Below, piece after piece: positions 1 through 7,467 of a DNA stretch of 18,304 nt. A program made the translations under genes and the position numbers. The DNA lies in assembly GCA_046758505.1 (NCBI GenBank), contig JBHIAH010000053.1, positions 1 through 18,304 on the forward strand. The letters are read 5' to 3'. The notes beneath the pieces are model-generated. The model had not been told where the DNA came from, ran no database searches, and was given only the letters and a program-made list of their open reading frames with translations. Origin of the DNA: Candidatus Methylomirabilales bacterium. GTDB taxonomy: Bacteria > Methylomirabilota > Methylomirabilia > Methylomirabilales > CSP1-5. Numbering within the stretch: the stretch's first letter is position 1; the number at the start of each line of letters is the position of its first letter.

Positions 1-372
1 ATGACACGGGTCCTGGTCGTCGATGACGATCGCCTGGTGTGCTGGTCCCTAGGGCGAGCCTTGGCTCGGGAAGGCTACGAGGTGATGACGCTGGAGTCTG
101 CGGAGCAAGCCTTGGCAGAGGTTGGAACGAGCCGCTTCGGCCTGGTGATTACGGACTTCGCGTTGCCGGGAATGGATGGGCTAGAGCTGCTCGAGCAGAT
201 GCGATCGATGTGCCCCGACATCAGGGCTATTGTCATCACAGGAAAGGGATCGCGGGAGGTGGAGCGGGAAGCGCTGAACCGTGGCGCCACCGCCTACGTG
301 GAGAAGCCCTTTTCCGTCAGGGAGCTTGTCGGCCTGGTGAAGACGATCCTACCTACTCTGGGCACGGCCTAG
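1..372 (+). CDS. Single-domain response regulator (CheY-like receiver)
   Basis: 123 aa: VLVVDDD acidic pocket, phospho-acceptor in LVITDFALPGMDG, IVITG, and YVEKPF. No output domain. The start lies at the window edge. Confidence 0.9.
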   Translation: MTRVLVVDDDRLVCWSLGRALAREGYEVMTLESAEQALAEVGTSRFGLVITDFALPGMDGLELLEQMRSMCPDIRAIVITGKGSREVEREALNRGATAYVEKPFSVRELVGLVKTILPTLGTA

Positions 373-400
373 GGGCATGAGTGGATGCGAGGGAGAGGGA

Positions 401-1192
401 ATGGTGAAACGGCTGGCATTTTTCCTGATCGTAATCGTCCTGGTTTCGTCGGCCGCCACAGCACAGACGCGGCCCCCGCTCGCACGTCTCAAGATTTCCC
501 TGTGGCCTGAGTACGACCGGCCAGCCGTTCTGGTGATGTTGCATGGCTGGCTTGCGGTGGACGCGGCGCTGCCCGCCATCGTCCCTCTGCCGATGCCGGC
601 GCAGGCGGGTAAGCCGCACGCTGTGGCCAAGGGGGCTCCCGACGGCGAGCTATTGATGGCCCAGCACATGGTCGACGTGCAAGGCGACTGGGCGAAGATC
701 AACGTGATGACCGATATGCGCGAGGTGCGGGTAGAGTACTATGTGGATTTCCCGACTACCGATCCCCTACGTCGCTACGTCTTCGAATGGCCGGGTGGCC
801 TCGACGTCAAAAAGGTGACCTATGAGGTGATGCAGCCGAGCGGCGCCAAAGACCTCTCGGTGCGGCCGCCGCCGAGCACCCAGACCGTCGGCAACGACGG
901 GCTCACCTATCATCTGGGTAATCTGGGTCCCAAGACACGTAAAGATACATTCTCCATCGAGATCAGCTACACCAAGACCACGCCAACACTCACCGCCGCC
1001 GCTCTCCGGCCGTCGGCATCTGCCGTGGGCCAGACGCCGCCTGCGGGCGGCGCACCTGGCGAGACGCCGGCGACTCCGTCCGGCTCAGGCGGAGCCAACA
1101 TATGGCTGCTCGCCCTGATGATCGTACTCGGTGCCGCGCTCGGCGGGGCCTGGGTCTTCATGGCGAAAAAGAAGCCCCGGGGAAAGAGGTAA
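401..1192 (+). CDS. Exported, C-terminally membrane-anchored protein of unknown function
   Basis: ATG 401 follows GGGAGAGGGA. Signal peptide MVKRLAFFLIVIVLVSSAATA, LWPEYDRPAVLV motif, P/G/S/T-rich linker, one C-terminal TM helix and basic tail KKKPRGKR. Confidence 0.8.
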   Translation: MVKRLAFFLIVIVLVSSAATAQTRPPLARLKISLWPEYDRPAVLVMLHGWLAVDAALPAIVPLPMPAQAGKPHAVAKGAPDGELLMAQHMVDVQGDWAKINVMTDMREVRVEYYVDFPTTDPLRRYVFEWPGGLDVKKVTYEVMQPSGAKDLSVRPPPSTQTVGNDGLTYHLGNLGPKTRKDTFSIEISYTKTTPTLTAAALRPSASAVGQTPPAGGAPGETPATPSGSGGANIWLLALMIVLGAALGGAWVFMAKKKPRGKR

Positions 1193-1250
1193 ACCAACCC
1201 GTTCTGAGCGGGACTGAGATCCACGTCACGTCTCCCCTCGTCTCCACCAG

Positions 1251-1440
1251 GAAGGGGAAAAGGGCACCTTCTACCTTTTCTTGCATCGCGTTCTTCGATT
1301 CAGGACAGTGGTTCCATGCCTCGCACCGCACGTCTCTCTGCCGGCGGTATCTGCTACGACATGATCAACCGGGGCAATGCCCGGGTGGAGGTCTTTCGCC
1401 AACATGTATCAGGAAAAGTAGAATGTCCCCCCTTTCCCCC
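1251..1440. repeat. Imperfect inverted repeat pair (REP-like) flanking the RAYT remnant
   Basis: 1251-1280 GAAGGGGAAAAGGGCACCTTCTACCTTTTC reverse-complements to GAAAAGGTAGAAGGTGCCCTTTTCCCC..., which resembles 1413-1439 GAAAAGTAGAATGTCCCCCCTTTCCCC. Confidence 0.6.
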
Positions 1441-1486
1441 CCTTTCCCTGACGAAAAACATGTCTGTTTCTGCTCTTGGTTCTTGA
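1316..1486 (+). pseudogene. Internally deleted REP-associated tyrosine transposase (RAYT / IS200-type Y1) remnant
   Basis: Translates as MPRTARLSAGGICYDMINRGNARVEVFRQH-VSGKVECPPF.... The first ~28 aa fit the RAYT N-terminus pattern (MPRxxR...YHxxNRGNxRxxxF) with His replaced by Asp. The HUH core and catalytic Tyr are absent. Below the ORF-track length cutoff. Confidence 0.7.
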
Positions 1487-1498
1487 AAGGGAAAGGAT

Positions 1499-1522
1499 TC
1501 GTTCGTATTTTCACAAGCGAAT
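1499..1522. promoter_or_regulatory. Rex-like operator upstream of the HAO-family gene
   Basis: TCGTTCG-TATT-TTCACAA: perfect right half and degenerate left half of TTGTGAA-N4-TTCACAA. TTTCACAAGCGAAT (1509-1522) recurs exactly at 7326-7339. Confidence 0.4.
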
Positions 1523-1565
1523 ACTCGGCGAGGGCCTGGGAAAATTGCGTGCGTGATTTTCCCCA

Positions 1566-1594
1566 TTGACGGCCATGCGGCGACTTGATAGCTT
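1566..1594 (+). promoter_or_regulatory. Candidate sigma-70 promoter for the HAO-family gene
   Basis: TTGACG-N17-TAGCTT with an extended -10 TGn. Confidence 0.45.
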
Positions 1595-1792
1595 CCTTGC
1601 CCCCGGCTGGGAAGATCCTCGATGGGTTGTCATCCGGGAATACTCCAAAGGCGCGTTCTGGAACTCGAAGGCAGCGGTCTCGTGGCAATCGTCGTGCGGG
1701 ACGGGTAAGAAGGGTGGCACGATAGCCACGGGTGGACTGCTCGGCGCATTGGGCCGGAAGGCCCGGCATGGTGAAAGAAGAGGGGGTGAGTC

Positions 1793-3235
1793 ATGACACG
1801 GTGGCTCCACATTACGGTATGGACGGTCCTTTTCGTCGCCGCGTTCGCCGTGCCCCGGGCCGATGCCGAGTACCGGCGGGAGAGCTGGGGGGCCAAGGAG
1901 GGGGAGGCGTGCATCGCCTGCCATAGCGACCAGACCCCCGCCCTGGCGGAGGAGTGGCGCATCGGCCGCCACGGGCAGGCGGGCGTCAACTGCTACGATT
2001 GTCATCGCGCCGACAAGAAAGATCCGGATGCCTTCACGCACTTTGACCGGACCATCGCCATCCTGGTGAGCCCGAAGGACTGCGCCCAGTGCCACCAAAA
2101 GGAAGTCGATGAGCAGAAGGGGAGCCACCATGCGAAGGCGGGGCAGATCCTGGCCTCGCTGGACAATTTTCTGGGTGCGGTCGTGGGGGGGCCGCCAGCC
2201 GTCGCCACCGGATGCATGCAGTGCCACGGGTCGACCATCCGCGTCCTGGCGGGGGGAAAGCTCGATCCCACCACCTGGCCCAACACCGGGATCGGCCGGA
2301 TCAACCCGGACGGCAGCCGGGGGAGTTGTACCGCCTGTCACACCCGCCATGCCTTTTCGGTGGCGCAGGCCCGCCGGCCCGACGCCTGCGGGAAGTGCCA
2401 CCTGGGGCCGGATCATCCCCAAATCGAGGTCTACCAGGAGTCCAAGCACGGCATCCTCTATCAGGCGTTCAAAGATCGGCTGAACATTGACCGTTCCAAC
2501 TGGATCGTGGGGGTGGACTACACGGCGGCCCCCACCTGCGCGACCTGCCACATGAGCGCCACCCCGGATCAGGGCGTAACCCATGACGTGGGGGAGCGGA
2601 TCTCGTGGACCCTGCGGCCGCCCATTTCCAAGAAGCTCAACATGGTCGTCTTTGAGGATCTGTCGAAGACCGATATCCCGGAAGGGAAGCCGCTGCCCAA
2701 AGTCGGAAAAAAGTTTCGAGGGAAGCGGGTGAAGGAGGTCTTGACCTGGAAGGACAGGCGCAACCAGATGGTGAACGTGTGCCGCAACTGTCACGCCGAG
2801 CCGTTTGTGAGCGGGTTCTACCGGCAATTCGACGACCTGGTGAACCTGTACAACGACAAGTTCGGCCGCCCGGCCACTGCCATCATGAAAGCGCTCAAGA
2901 AGGCGGGGAAGCTCACGCCTGCTCCGTTCGACGAGAATCTCGAGTGGATCTACTGGGAGCTCTGGCACCACGAGGGACGCCGGGCCCGGCACGGTGCGTC
3001 CATGTCGGGACCCGATTACGCCTGGTGGCACGGTATGTACGAGGTTGCGAAAAGCTTCTACCTCCACTTCGTCCCGGAAGTGAAGCAGGTCGCCGGTGAG
3101 CCGCTTGCCACGAAGTTGCTCGACAAGTACGTCTTCTCCCAACCGGGGCACCGGTGGGTCAAGGAGGGGATGAGCAAGGAGCAGCTCAAGAAGATCCAAC
3201 AGTTCTATCGCGAGCGCTACGGCGAAGAAAAATAA
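1793..3235 (+). CDS. hao: Octaheme c-type cytochrome of the hydroxylamine oxidoreductase (HAO) family, probably reductive (epsilon-Hao-like)
   Basis: Sec signal peptide and 8 CxxCH motifs (CIACH, CYDCH, CAQCH, CMQCH, CTACH, CGKCH, CATCH, CRNCH). HAO-family motifs GRINPDGSRGSCTACHTRH, CHLGPDHPQIEVYQESKHG, APTCATCH, WHHEGRRARHGASMSGPDYAWWHG. RBS GAGGGGG. Confidence 0.9.
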   Translation: MTRWLHITVWTVLFVAAFAVPRADAEYRRESWGAKEGEACIACHSDQTPALAEEWRIGRHGQAGVNCYDCHRADKKDPDAFTHFDRTIAILVSPKDCAQCHQKEVDEQKGSHHAKAGQILASLDNFLGAVVGGPPAVATGCMQCHGSTIRVLAGGKLDPTTWPNTGIGRINPDGSRGSCTACHTRHAFSVAQARRPDACGKCHLGPDHPQIEVYQESKHGILYQAFKDRLNIDRSNWIVGVDYTAAPTCATCHMSATPDQGVTHDVGERISWTLRPPISKKLNMVVFEDLSKTDIPEGKPLPKVGKKFRGKRVKEVLTWKDRRNQMVNVCRNCHAEPFVSGFYRQFDDLVNLYNDKFGRPATAIMKALKKAGKLTPAPFDENLEWIYWELWHHEGRRARHGASMSGPDYAWWHGMYEVAKSFYLHFVPEVKQVAGEPLATKLLDKYVFSQPGHRWVKEGMSKEQLKKIQQFYRERYGEEK

Positions 3236-3272
3236 GCCGGTGATTGGCTGCCTCCGCATTTCGAGAATGATG

Positions 3273-3311
3273 GGCCGGCGGACGTGTTTTGTCCGCCGGC
3301 CTTCTTGCTTT
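3273..3311 (+). terminator. Intrinsic terminator after hao
   Basis: 11-bp stem GGCCGGCGGAC / GTCCGCCGGCC followed by TTCTTGCTTT. Confidence 0.7.
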
Positions 3312-3397
3312 CTACCCCCCTCGGAACCCTTCCAATCCACCTCAGTCCTGATTCAACCTCCACCACGCTCCCCGTACAAGGAGAGGGGAGCCCGTAA

Positions 3398-3432
3398 CGA
3401 CAGATTTGTCGAGCCATACGACTGTTTCGTCG
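3398..3432. promoter_or_regulatory. Tandem dyad enhancer (UAS), CGAC-N6-GTCG x2
   Basis: CGACAGATTTGTCG (3398-3411) and CGACTGTTTCGTCG (3419-3432) are 21 bp apart, upstream of a sigma-54 promoter. IHF-like TTTCAACTCGTTA on the - strand at 3455-3467. Confidence 0.6.
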
Positions 3433-3484
3433 AAAAAATGCCCCCCTGTGAACCTAACGAGTTGAAAATAAAGGAATGGATGAA

Positions 3485-3500
3485 TGGCACGGGCTATGCT
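3485..3500 (+). promoter_or_regulatory. Sigma-54 (-24/-12) promoter
   Basis: TGGCAC-GGGCT-ATGCT versus consensus TGGCAC-N5-TTGCW, about 60 nt upstream of ATG 3560. Confidence 0.8.
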
Positions 3501-3559
3501 CTTCTCTTTAGGCGGGTAGTTCCGACAACCTTATATAAGGAGAGAGGAGGGCAGTTCAG

Positions 3560-3955
3560 ATGAAGAAACTCCTAGGTGTCATCGCGATTGTTGGGGTCCT
3601 CGGACTTGCCGCAGTTGCCTTCGCCCATGGTCCCAGAGGCTACGGCCGGGGCTCGGGGATGGGCCCAGGGATGATGGGTGGGCAGGCCGGTCCCGGCGGG
3701 TACGGATGCCCTGGCTTCGGGGCACGGGCGACCGCAGAGGCGATCACCGCCGACCAGGCCAAAGAGATCGCGCAGAAGTACGCCGATCAGTACCTCAAGG
3801 GCTTCACAGTCGAACGGGTGTTGCCCTTCACCGGGATGCACCACACGATGTACTCGGTGGAGCTCAAGGGCCCGAACGATGAGGTCCGAACTTTCCACAT
3901 CAACCCGTGGGGGAACGTGATGCCGTTTGCTGGTCCGGTGACCCGCACCCAGTAG
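3560..3955 (+). CDS. Periplasmic PepSY-like protein with Gly/Met-rich N-terminus, in the ZraP-like accessory position
   Basis: RBS GAGAGGAGG, signal peptide ending AFA|HGP, GMGPGMMGG linker. PepSY-like pattern ITADQAKEIA...YSVELK...FHINPWGNV with GMHHTM in a loop. Confidence 0.75.
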   Translation: MKKLLGVIAIVGVLGLAAVAFAHGPRGYGRGSGMGPGMMGGQAGPGGYGCPGFGARATAEAITADQAKEIAQKYADQYLKGFTVERVLPFTGMHHTMYSVELKGPNDEVRTFHINPWGNVMPFAGPVTRTQ

Positions 3956-4078
3956 CCAACACCTCGCACCCACCACCTCCCGGCCCCCGCGGACGTGCAG
4001 TCCCGGGGGTCGGTCCTCTTTACAGGGCGGTTGCGGTGTGAGAGTGACGGGTGTTAGAATCCCGGCTCGGAGGTCTTC

Positions 4079-5848
4079 GTGAGAACTCCGTTTCCACCCC
4101 GTTACTTCTTGGCCTCGATCGCGCTGCTCCTGGTGCTCGTCGCCCTCTATGCGGTGTGGGCGATTCGGCGGACGCAACACGAGCTAACGCGCCAGCTCGA
4201 GCAGAAGGGGGTGGCGTTGGCCGAGGCCTTCGAGACAAGCAGTCAGAATGCCATCCAGGGTAACGCCCTGATGGAAGAGATGATCGCCCAGCGCCTCTTC
4301 GACAACGCCCGGCTCATTGACCAGCTCCTCCTCACCCGCCCGTTTGACCCGGCCCTGCTCAAACGGATCAGCGCCATGAATCGGCTCCAGCGGGTGGACC
4401 TGCTCGACCGCGAGGGGCGTCCTTATAAACCCCCGCGGACACGCCGGGGGATGGTGGGACCCGGGATGAGGGGCATGATGAGGGGGGCGCCAGGCTCCGC
4501 GGAGATGCGCGAAGCCCACCGCCGGATGATGATGTACATGTGGGGCCGTCGATGGGGACCGCGTCACGAAGAGGCGGTCCCACCCCCACCGCCGGTGGAG
4601 GAAGAGAAATTCTGGGAAGGGAGTCTCTTCGGTGTCGCCGTCGAGGCGCGAAGCTTTCCCGGCATCATCGCGGTTCACGCGGATGCCGACTACGTCTTGA
4701 ACTTCCGAAAAGAGATCGGAGTCGAGCAACAGATCCAGGAGCTCGGGCGGCAACCCGGGGTGGAGGAGGTCGCCCTTTTGGGATCTGATCTGACAGTGCT
4801 GGCTCATTCTGATCCGGGGCGCCAGGGCGAGCGAGAGAATGATAGTGTCCTGCAGCAGGCACTGGAGGGGCGGAAGCCGCTGAGCCGGCTGGTCACGGGC
4901 ACAGGGGGCACGGAAGTCTTCGAGGTTCTCAGGCCGCTCAGTCTGGGCGGCTCGCGACTCGGCCTGCTCAGGGTCGCCCTGTCGACGGCGCCGGTGGAGC
5001 AGGAATGGAAGCGGGATGTCCGGTCCGCCGCCGTCCTCGGATTGGCTGTCCTCTTGGCGGGCGCGTTGGGGATGGCTGTCATCTTTTACATGCAACACCG
5101 GCATCTGGTTGAGGTGAAATCCCTCGCGGCCGAGGTCGAGCGGCGCGATCGCCTCGCCTCGCTGGGGAACCTGGCAGCGGCCGTGGCCCACGAGGTCCGG
5201 AATCCGCTGAACGCCATTGCGATGGGGCTGCAGCGCTTGAGAGAAGAGTTCCGGCCTGCCAACGACGAAGCGGACTACGCCAGGTTTGTGGACCTGATGC
5301 AGGGGGAGGTCCAACGGCTGAATGGCATCGTACAGGAGTTTCTCTCGCTGGCCCGGCCCCTCTCGCTCAACCCCGATGCCGTCCAGATCGGGGAGCTGCT
5401 CAGCGAAGTGGCTGCGCTCGTTGAGCCGGATGCCGAAACGCGGGGGATCACGGTGAACCTCGATCTTTTGTCCGACCTTCCCTCCGCCCAGTTGGATCGG
5501 GACCACATCAAGCAGGTGCTCTTGAACCTTGTGTTGAACGGCCTTGAAGCCATGCCGGGTGGCGGGACGTTGACCATCTCTGCTGCGGTCACCCGTCAAG
5601 CCCTTGTCCTGACCGTCTCGGATACCGGCGGGGGCGTGCCTGCCGATCTCCTCCCCAAAATCTTCGAGCCCTATGTCACCACCAAGGCCAAGGGGATGGG
5701 GCTCGGCCTCACCATCGCGCGGCGGATTATCGAGGCCCATGGGGGCACCATCGCGGTCGAGAGCCGGCCGGGCGAAGGTACCCGGTCCACCCTTACTCTT
5801 CCCCTCACGCTCTCAACCTTCACCTCAGAGCGCCCAGACGATGGCTAA
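4079..5848 (+). CDS. Membrane sensor histidine kinase (ZraS/AtoS-like)
   Basis: GTG start after GGAGG. Two TM helices flank a large periplasmic region. H-box AHEVRNPLNAI, N-box QVLLNLVLNGLEAM, G1 DTGGG, F-box IFEPYVTTK, G2 GMGLGL. Confidence 0.92.
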   Translation: MRTPFPPRYFLASIALLLVLVALYAVWAIRRTQHELTRQLEQKGVALAEAFETSSQNAIQGNALMEEMIAQRLFDNARLIDQLLLTRPFDPALLKRISAMNRLQRVDLLDREGRPYKPPRTRRGMVGPGMRGMMRGAPGSAEMREAHRRMMMYMWGRRWGPRHEEAVPPPPPVEEEKFWEGSLFGVAVEARSFPGIIAVHADADYVLNFRKEIGVEQQIQELGRQPGVEEVALLGSDLTVLAHSDPGRQGERENDSVLQQALEGRKPLSRLVTGTGGTEVFEVLRPLSLGGSRLGLLRVALSTAPVEQEWKRDVRSAAVLGLAVLLAGALGMAVIFYMQHRHLVEVKSLAAEVERRDRLASLGNLAAAVAHEVRNPLNAIAMGLQRLREEFRPANDEADYARFVDLMQGEVQRLNGIVQEFLSLARPLSLNPDAVQIGELLSEVAALVEPDAETRGITVNLDLLSDLPSAQLDRDHIKQVLLNLVLNGLEAMPGGGTLTISAAVTRQALVLTVSDTGGGVPADLLPKIFEPYVTTKAKGMGLGLTIARRIIEAHGGTIAVESRPGEGTRSTLTLPLTLSTFTSERPDDG

Positions 5849-7196
5849 GTCTTTCCGTATCCTGGTGGTGGACGACGAGCCGGCCCAGCTCGAACTGGTC
5901 AGCGGGTTCCTCGCCAAACGCGGCTACGACGTCTCGCTCGCCTCGAACGGCGAGGAGGCGCTGCAACGGTTCAAGCGGGAGCCATTCGATCTCGTGCTGA
6001 CCGACCAGAAGATGCCCGGTTTCTCGGGCCGCGAGCTGACCGAGGCGGTGCGGCGCGCACATCCCGAGGTTCCGGTCATCGTGATGACGGCGTACGGCAC
6101 GATCGAGACGGCGGTCGCCGCCATCCAGGCCGGAGCGGTGGACTACCTTACGAAGCCCCTCAATCTGGACGAGCTGCTCCACCGGGTTCAGCGAATCCAA
6201 GAGCGGCAGCGCCTTCTCACCGAAAACCGCGAGCTGCGCGAAGCCCTGCAGGAACGCCACCGCGTGGAGGGGATCATCGGTAACAGTGGCCGGATGCAAG
6301 AGGTCCTCTCGATGGTGCGGCGGGTGGCGCCGAGCGACGCCACGGTGCTGATCCGGGGCGAAAGCGGCACCGGTAAGGAGCTGATCGCCAAGGCGATCCA
6401 CTACGCGAGCCCGCGCGCACCCGGGCCCCTCGTCCGCGTCAACTGTGCGGCACTCCCCGAGAGCCTCATGGAGTCAGAACTCTTCGGCCACGAGAAGGGG
6501 GCTTTTACCGGTGCCGTGGCGGCCCGCAAGGGTCGGTTCGAACTGGCCGACGGCGGCAGTCTCTTTTTGGACGAGATCGGCGACCTCCCTCCACACCTGC
6601 AGGTCAAGCTCCTCCGCGTGCTCCAGGAGCGGGAGATCGAGCGGGTGGGGTCGAGCCGGCCGATCGCCGTCAACGTCCGGGTCCTCGCCGCGACCCATCG
6701 GGATCTGGAAGCGTTGATACACGACGGACGCTTTCGCGAGGATCTCTTCTATCGAATCAACGTGGTCACCATCAGCGTGCCGCCGCTCGAAGAGCGCCGG
6801 GAAGACCTGCCCCCCCTCATCGACCACTTCCTGCGGACCTTTGCCACGAAAAATGGCAAGACCATTCGCGGGCTGACGCGGGAGGCACGCGAGGCCCTCC
6901 TCCGGTACGATTACCCGGGGAACGTCCGGGAGCTCGAGAACATGATCGAGCGGGCCGTGGTCTTGACGCGGGACGAGGTGATCGATCTCAGCGATCTTCC
7001 TCTGAGTCTTCCGGAGCCGGGGGAGCACGGAGAGGAAGGGGGTCTCACGGCCGCGGTGGAAGGGCTTGAGCGGCGGATGATCCGAGACGCGTTGGCCAAG
7101 GCCGGGGGCACCCAGACCCGCGCCGCCGAGCTTCTCGGGATCAGCGAACGCGTGCTCCGATACAAGCTCAAGAAGTACGGCCTCTCCGCCGACTGA
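5841..7196 (+). CDS. Sigma-54-dependent response regulator (NtrC/ZraR/AtoC family)
   Basis: Receiver (VVDDE, LTDQKMP, TKP), Walker A GESGTGKE, GAFTGA, Walker B LFLDEIGD, RFREDLFYRIN, PGNVRELEN and a Fis-type HTH. ATG overlaps the kinase 3' end. Confidence 0.95.
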   Translation: MAKSFRILVVDDEPAQLELVSGFLAKRGYDVSLASNGEEALQRFKREPFDLVLTDQKMPGFSGRELTEAVRRAHPEVPVIVMTAYGTIETAVAAIQAGAVDYLTKPLNLDELLHRVQRIQERQRLLTENRELREALQERHRVEGIIGNSGRMQEVLSMVRRVAPSDATVLIRGESGTGKELIAKAIHYASPRAPGPLVRVNCAALPESLMESELFGHEKGAFTGAVAARKGRFELADGGSLFLDEIGDLPPHLQVKLLRVLQEREIERVGSSRPIAVNVRVLAATHRDLEALIHDGRFREDLFYRINVVTISVPPLEERREDLPPLIDHFLRTFATKNGKTIRGLTREAREALLRYDYPGNVRELENMIERAVVLTRDEVIDLSDLPLSLPEPGEHGEEGGLTAAVEGLERRMIRDALAKAGGTQTRAAELLGISERVLRYKLKKYGLSAD

Positions 7197-7260
7197 CGAT
7201 CTTTCTTCCATCGGGTAAAATAGTCCGCTCCGTGCACCGCGGGGGTGTGCTTTCGGTCCG

Positions 7261-7282
7261 AAATGTGAGGAGGATCATATCT
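7261..7282. promoter_or_regulatory. CRP-family-like box
   Basis: AAATGTGA-GGAGGA-TCATATCT versus AAATGTGA-N6-TCACATTT. Confidence 0.35.
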
Positions 7283-7315
7283 GTTGCTGTCCTGAGTCCT
7301 TGCAGGTGGCCTGGC

Positions 7316-7339
7316 TCGTGTCTAATTTCACAAGCGAAT
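7316..7339. promoter_or_regulatory. Rex-like operator upstream of the second octaheme gene
   Basis: TCGTGTC-TAAT-TTCACAA followed by GCGAAT; shares 14 identical nt with the site upstream of hao. Confidence 0.45.
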
Positions 7340-7467
7340 CCCTCTTACTTTTTCGGCTTGCCCCCGCTCTCAGTTTCGGTTAGAGAGGGGGAGAAGGATT
7401 CAAGTGTGAACTGCCGGTGTTCGTTGACCTGGCGCGGAGGCTGTCAATGCCTCGGAAGGAGGTGACG

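Noticed and set aside
1683..1730. Possible sigma-54 sites upstream of hao (TGGCAATCGTCGTGCG at 1683; TGGCACGATAGCCACG at 1715)
   Set aside because: The first has correct GG/GC spacing but a poor -12 context, and the second lacks the -12 GC. A sigma-70 candidate exists at 1566-1594.
1511..3340. Long - strand ORFs (609 aa here; also 4184-5740, 7444-8424, 10505-11968, 12056-13066, 14848-15945, 16636-17760)
   Set aside because: Antisense shadows of well-supported + strand genes in high-GC DNA, with no recognisable motifs.
3983..4021. GC hairpin after the PepSY-like gene as a terminator
   Set aside because: Imperfect stem with the U-tract offset by several nt. It could be an attenuating or stabilising hairpin, but is not supportable as a call.
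7424..7447. TTGAC-N14-GTCAA as an FNR box
   Set aside because: FNR requires N4 spacing; probably chance or a weak hairpin.
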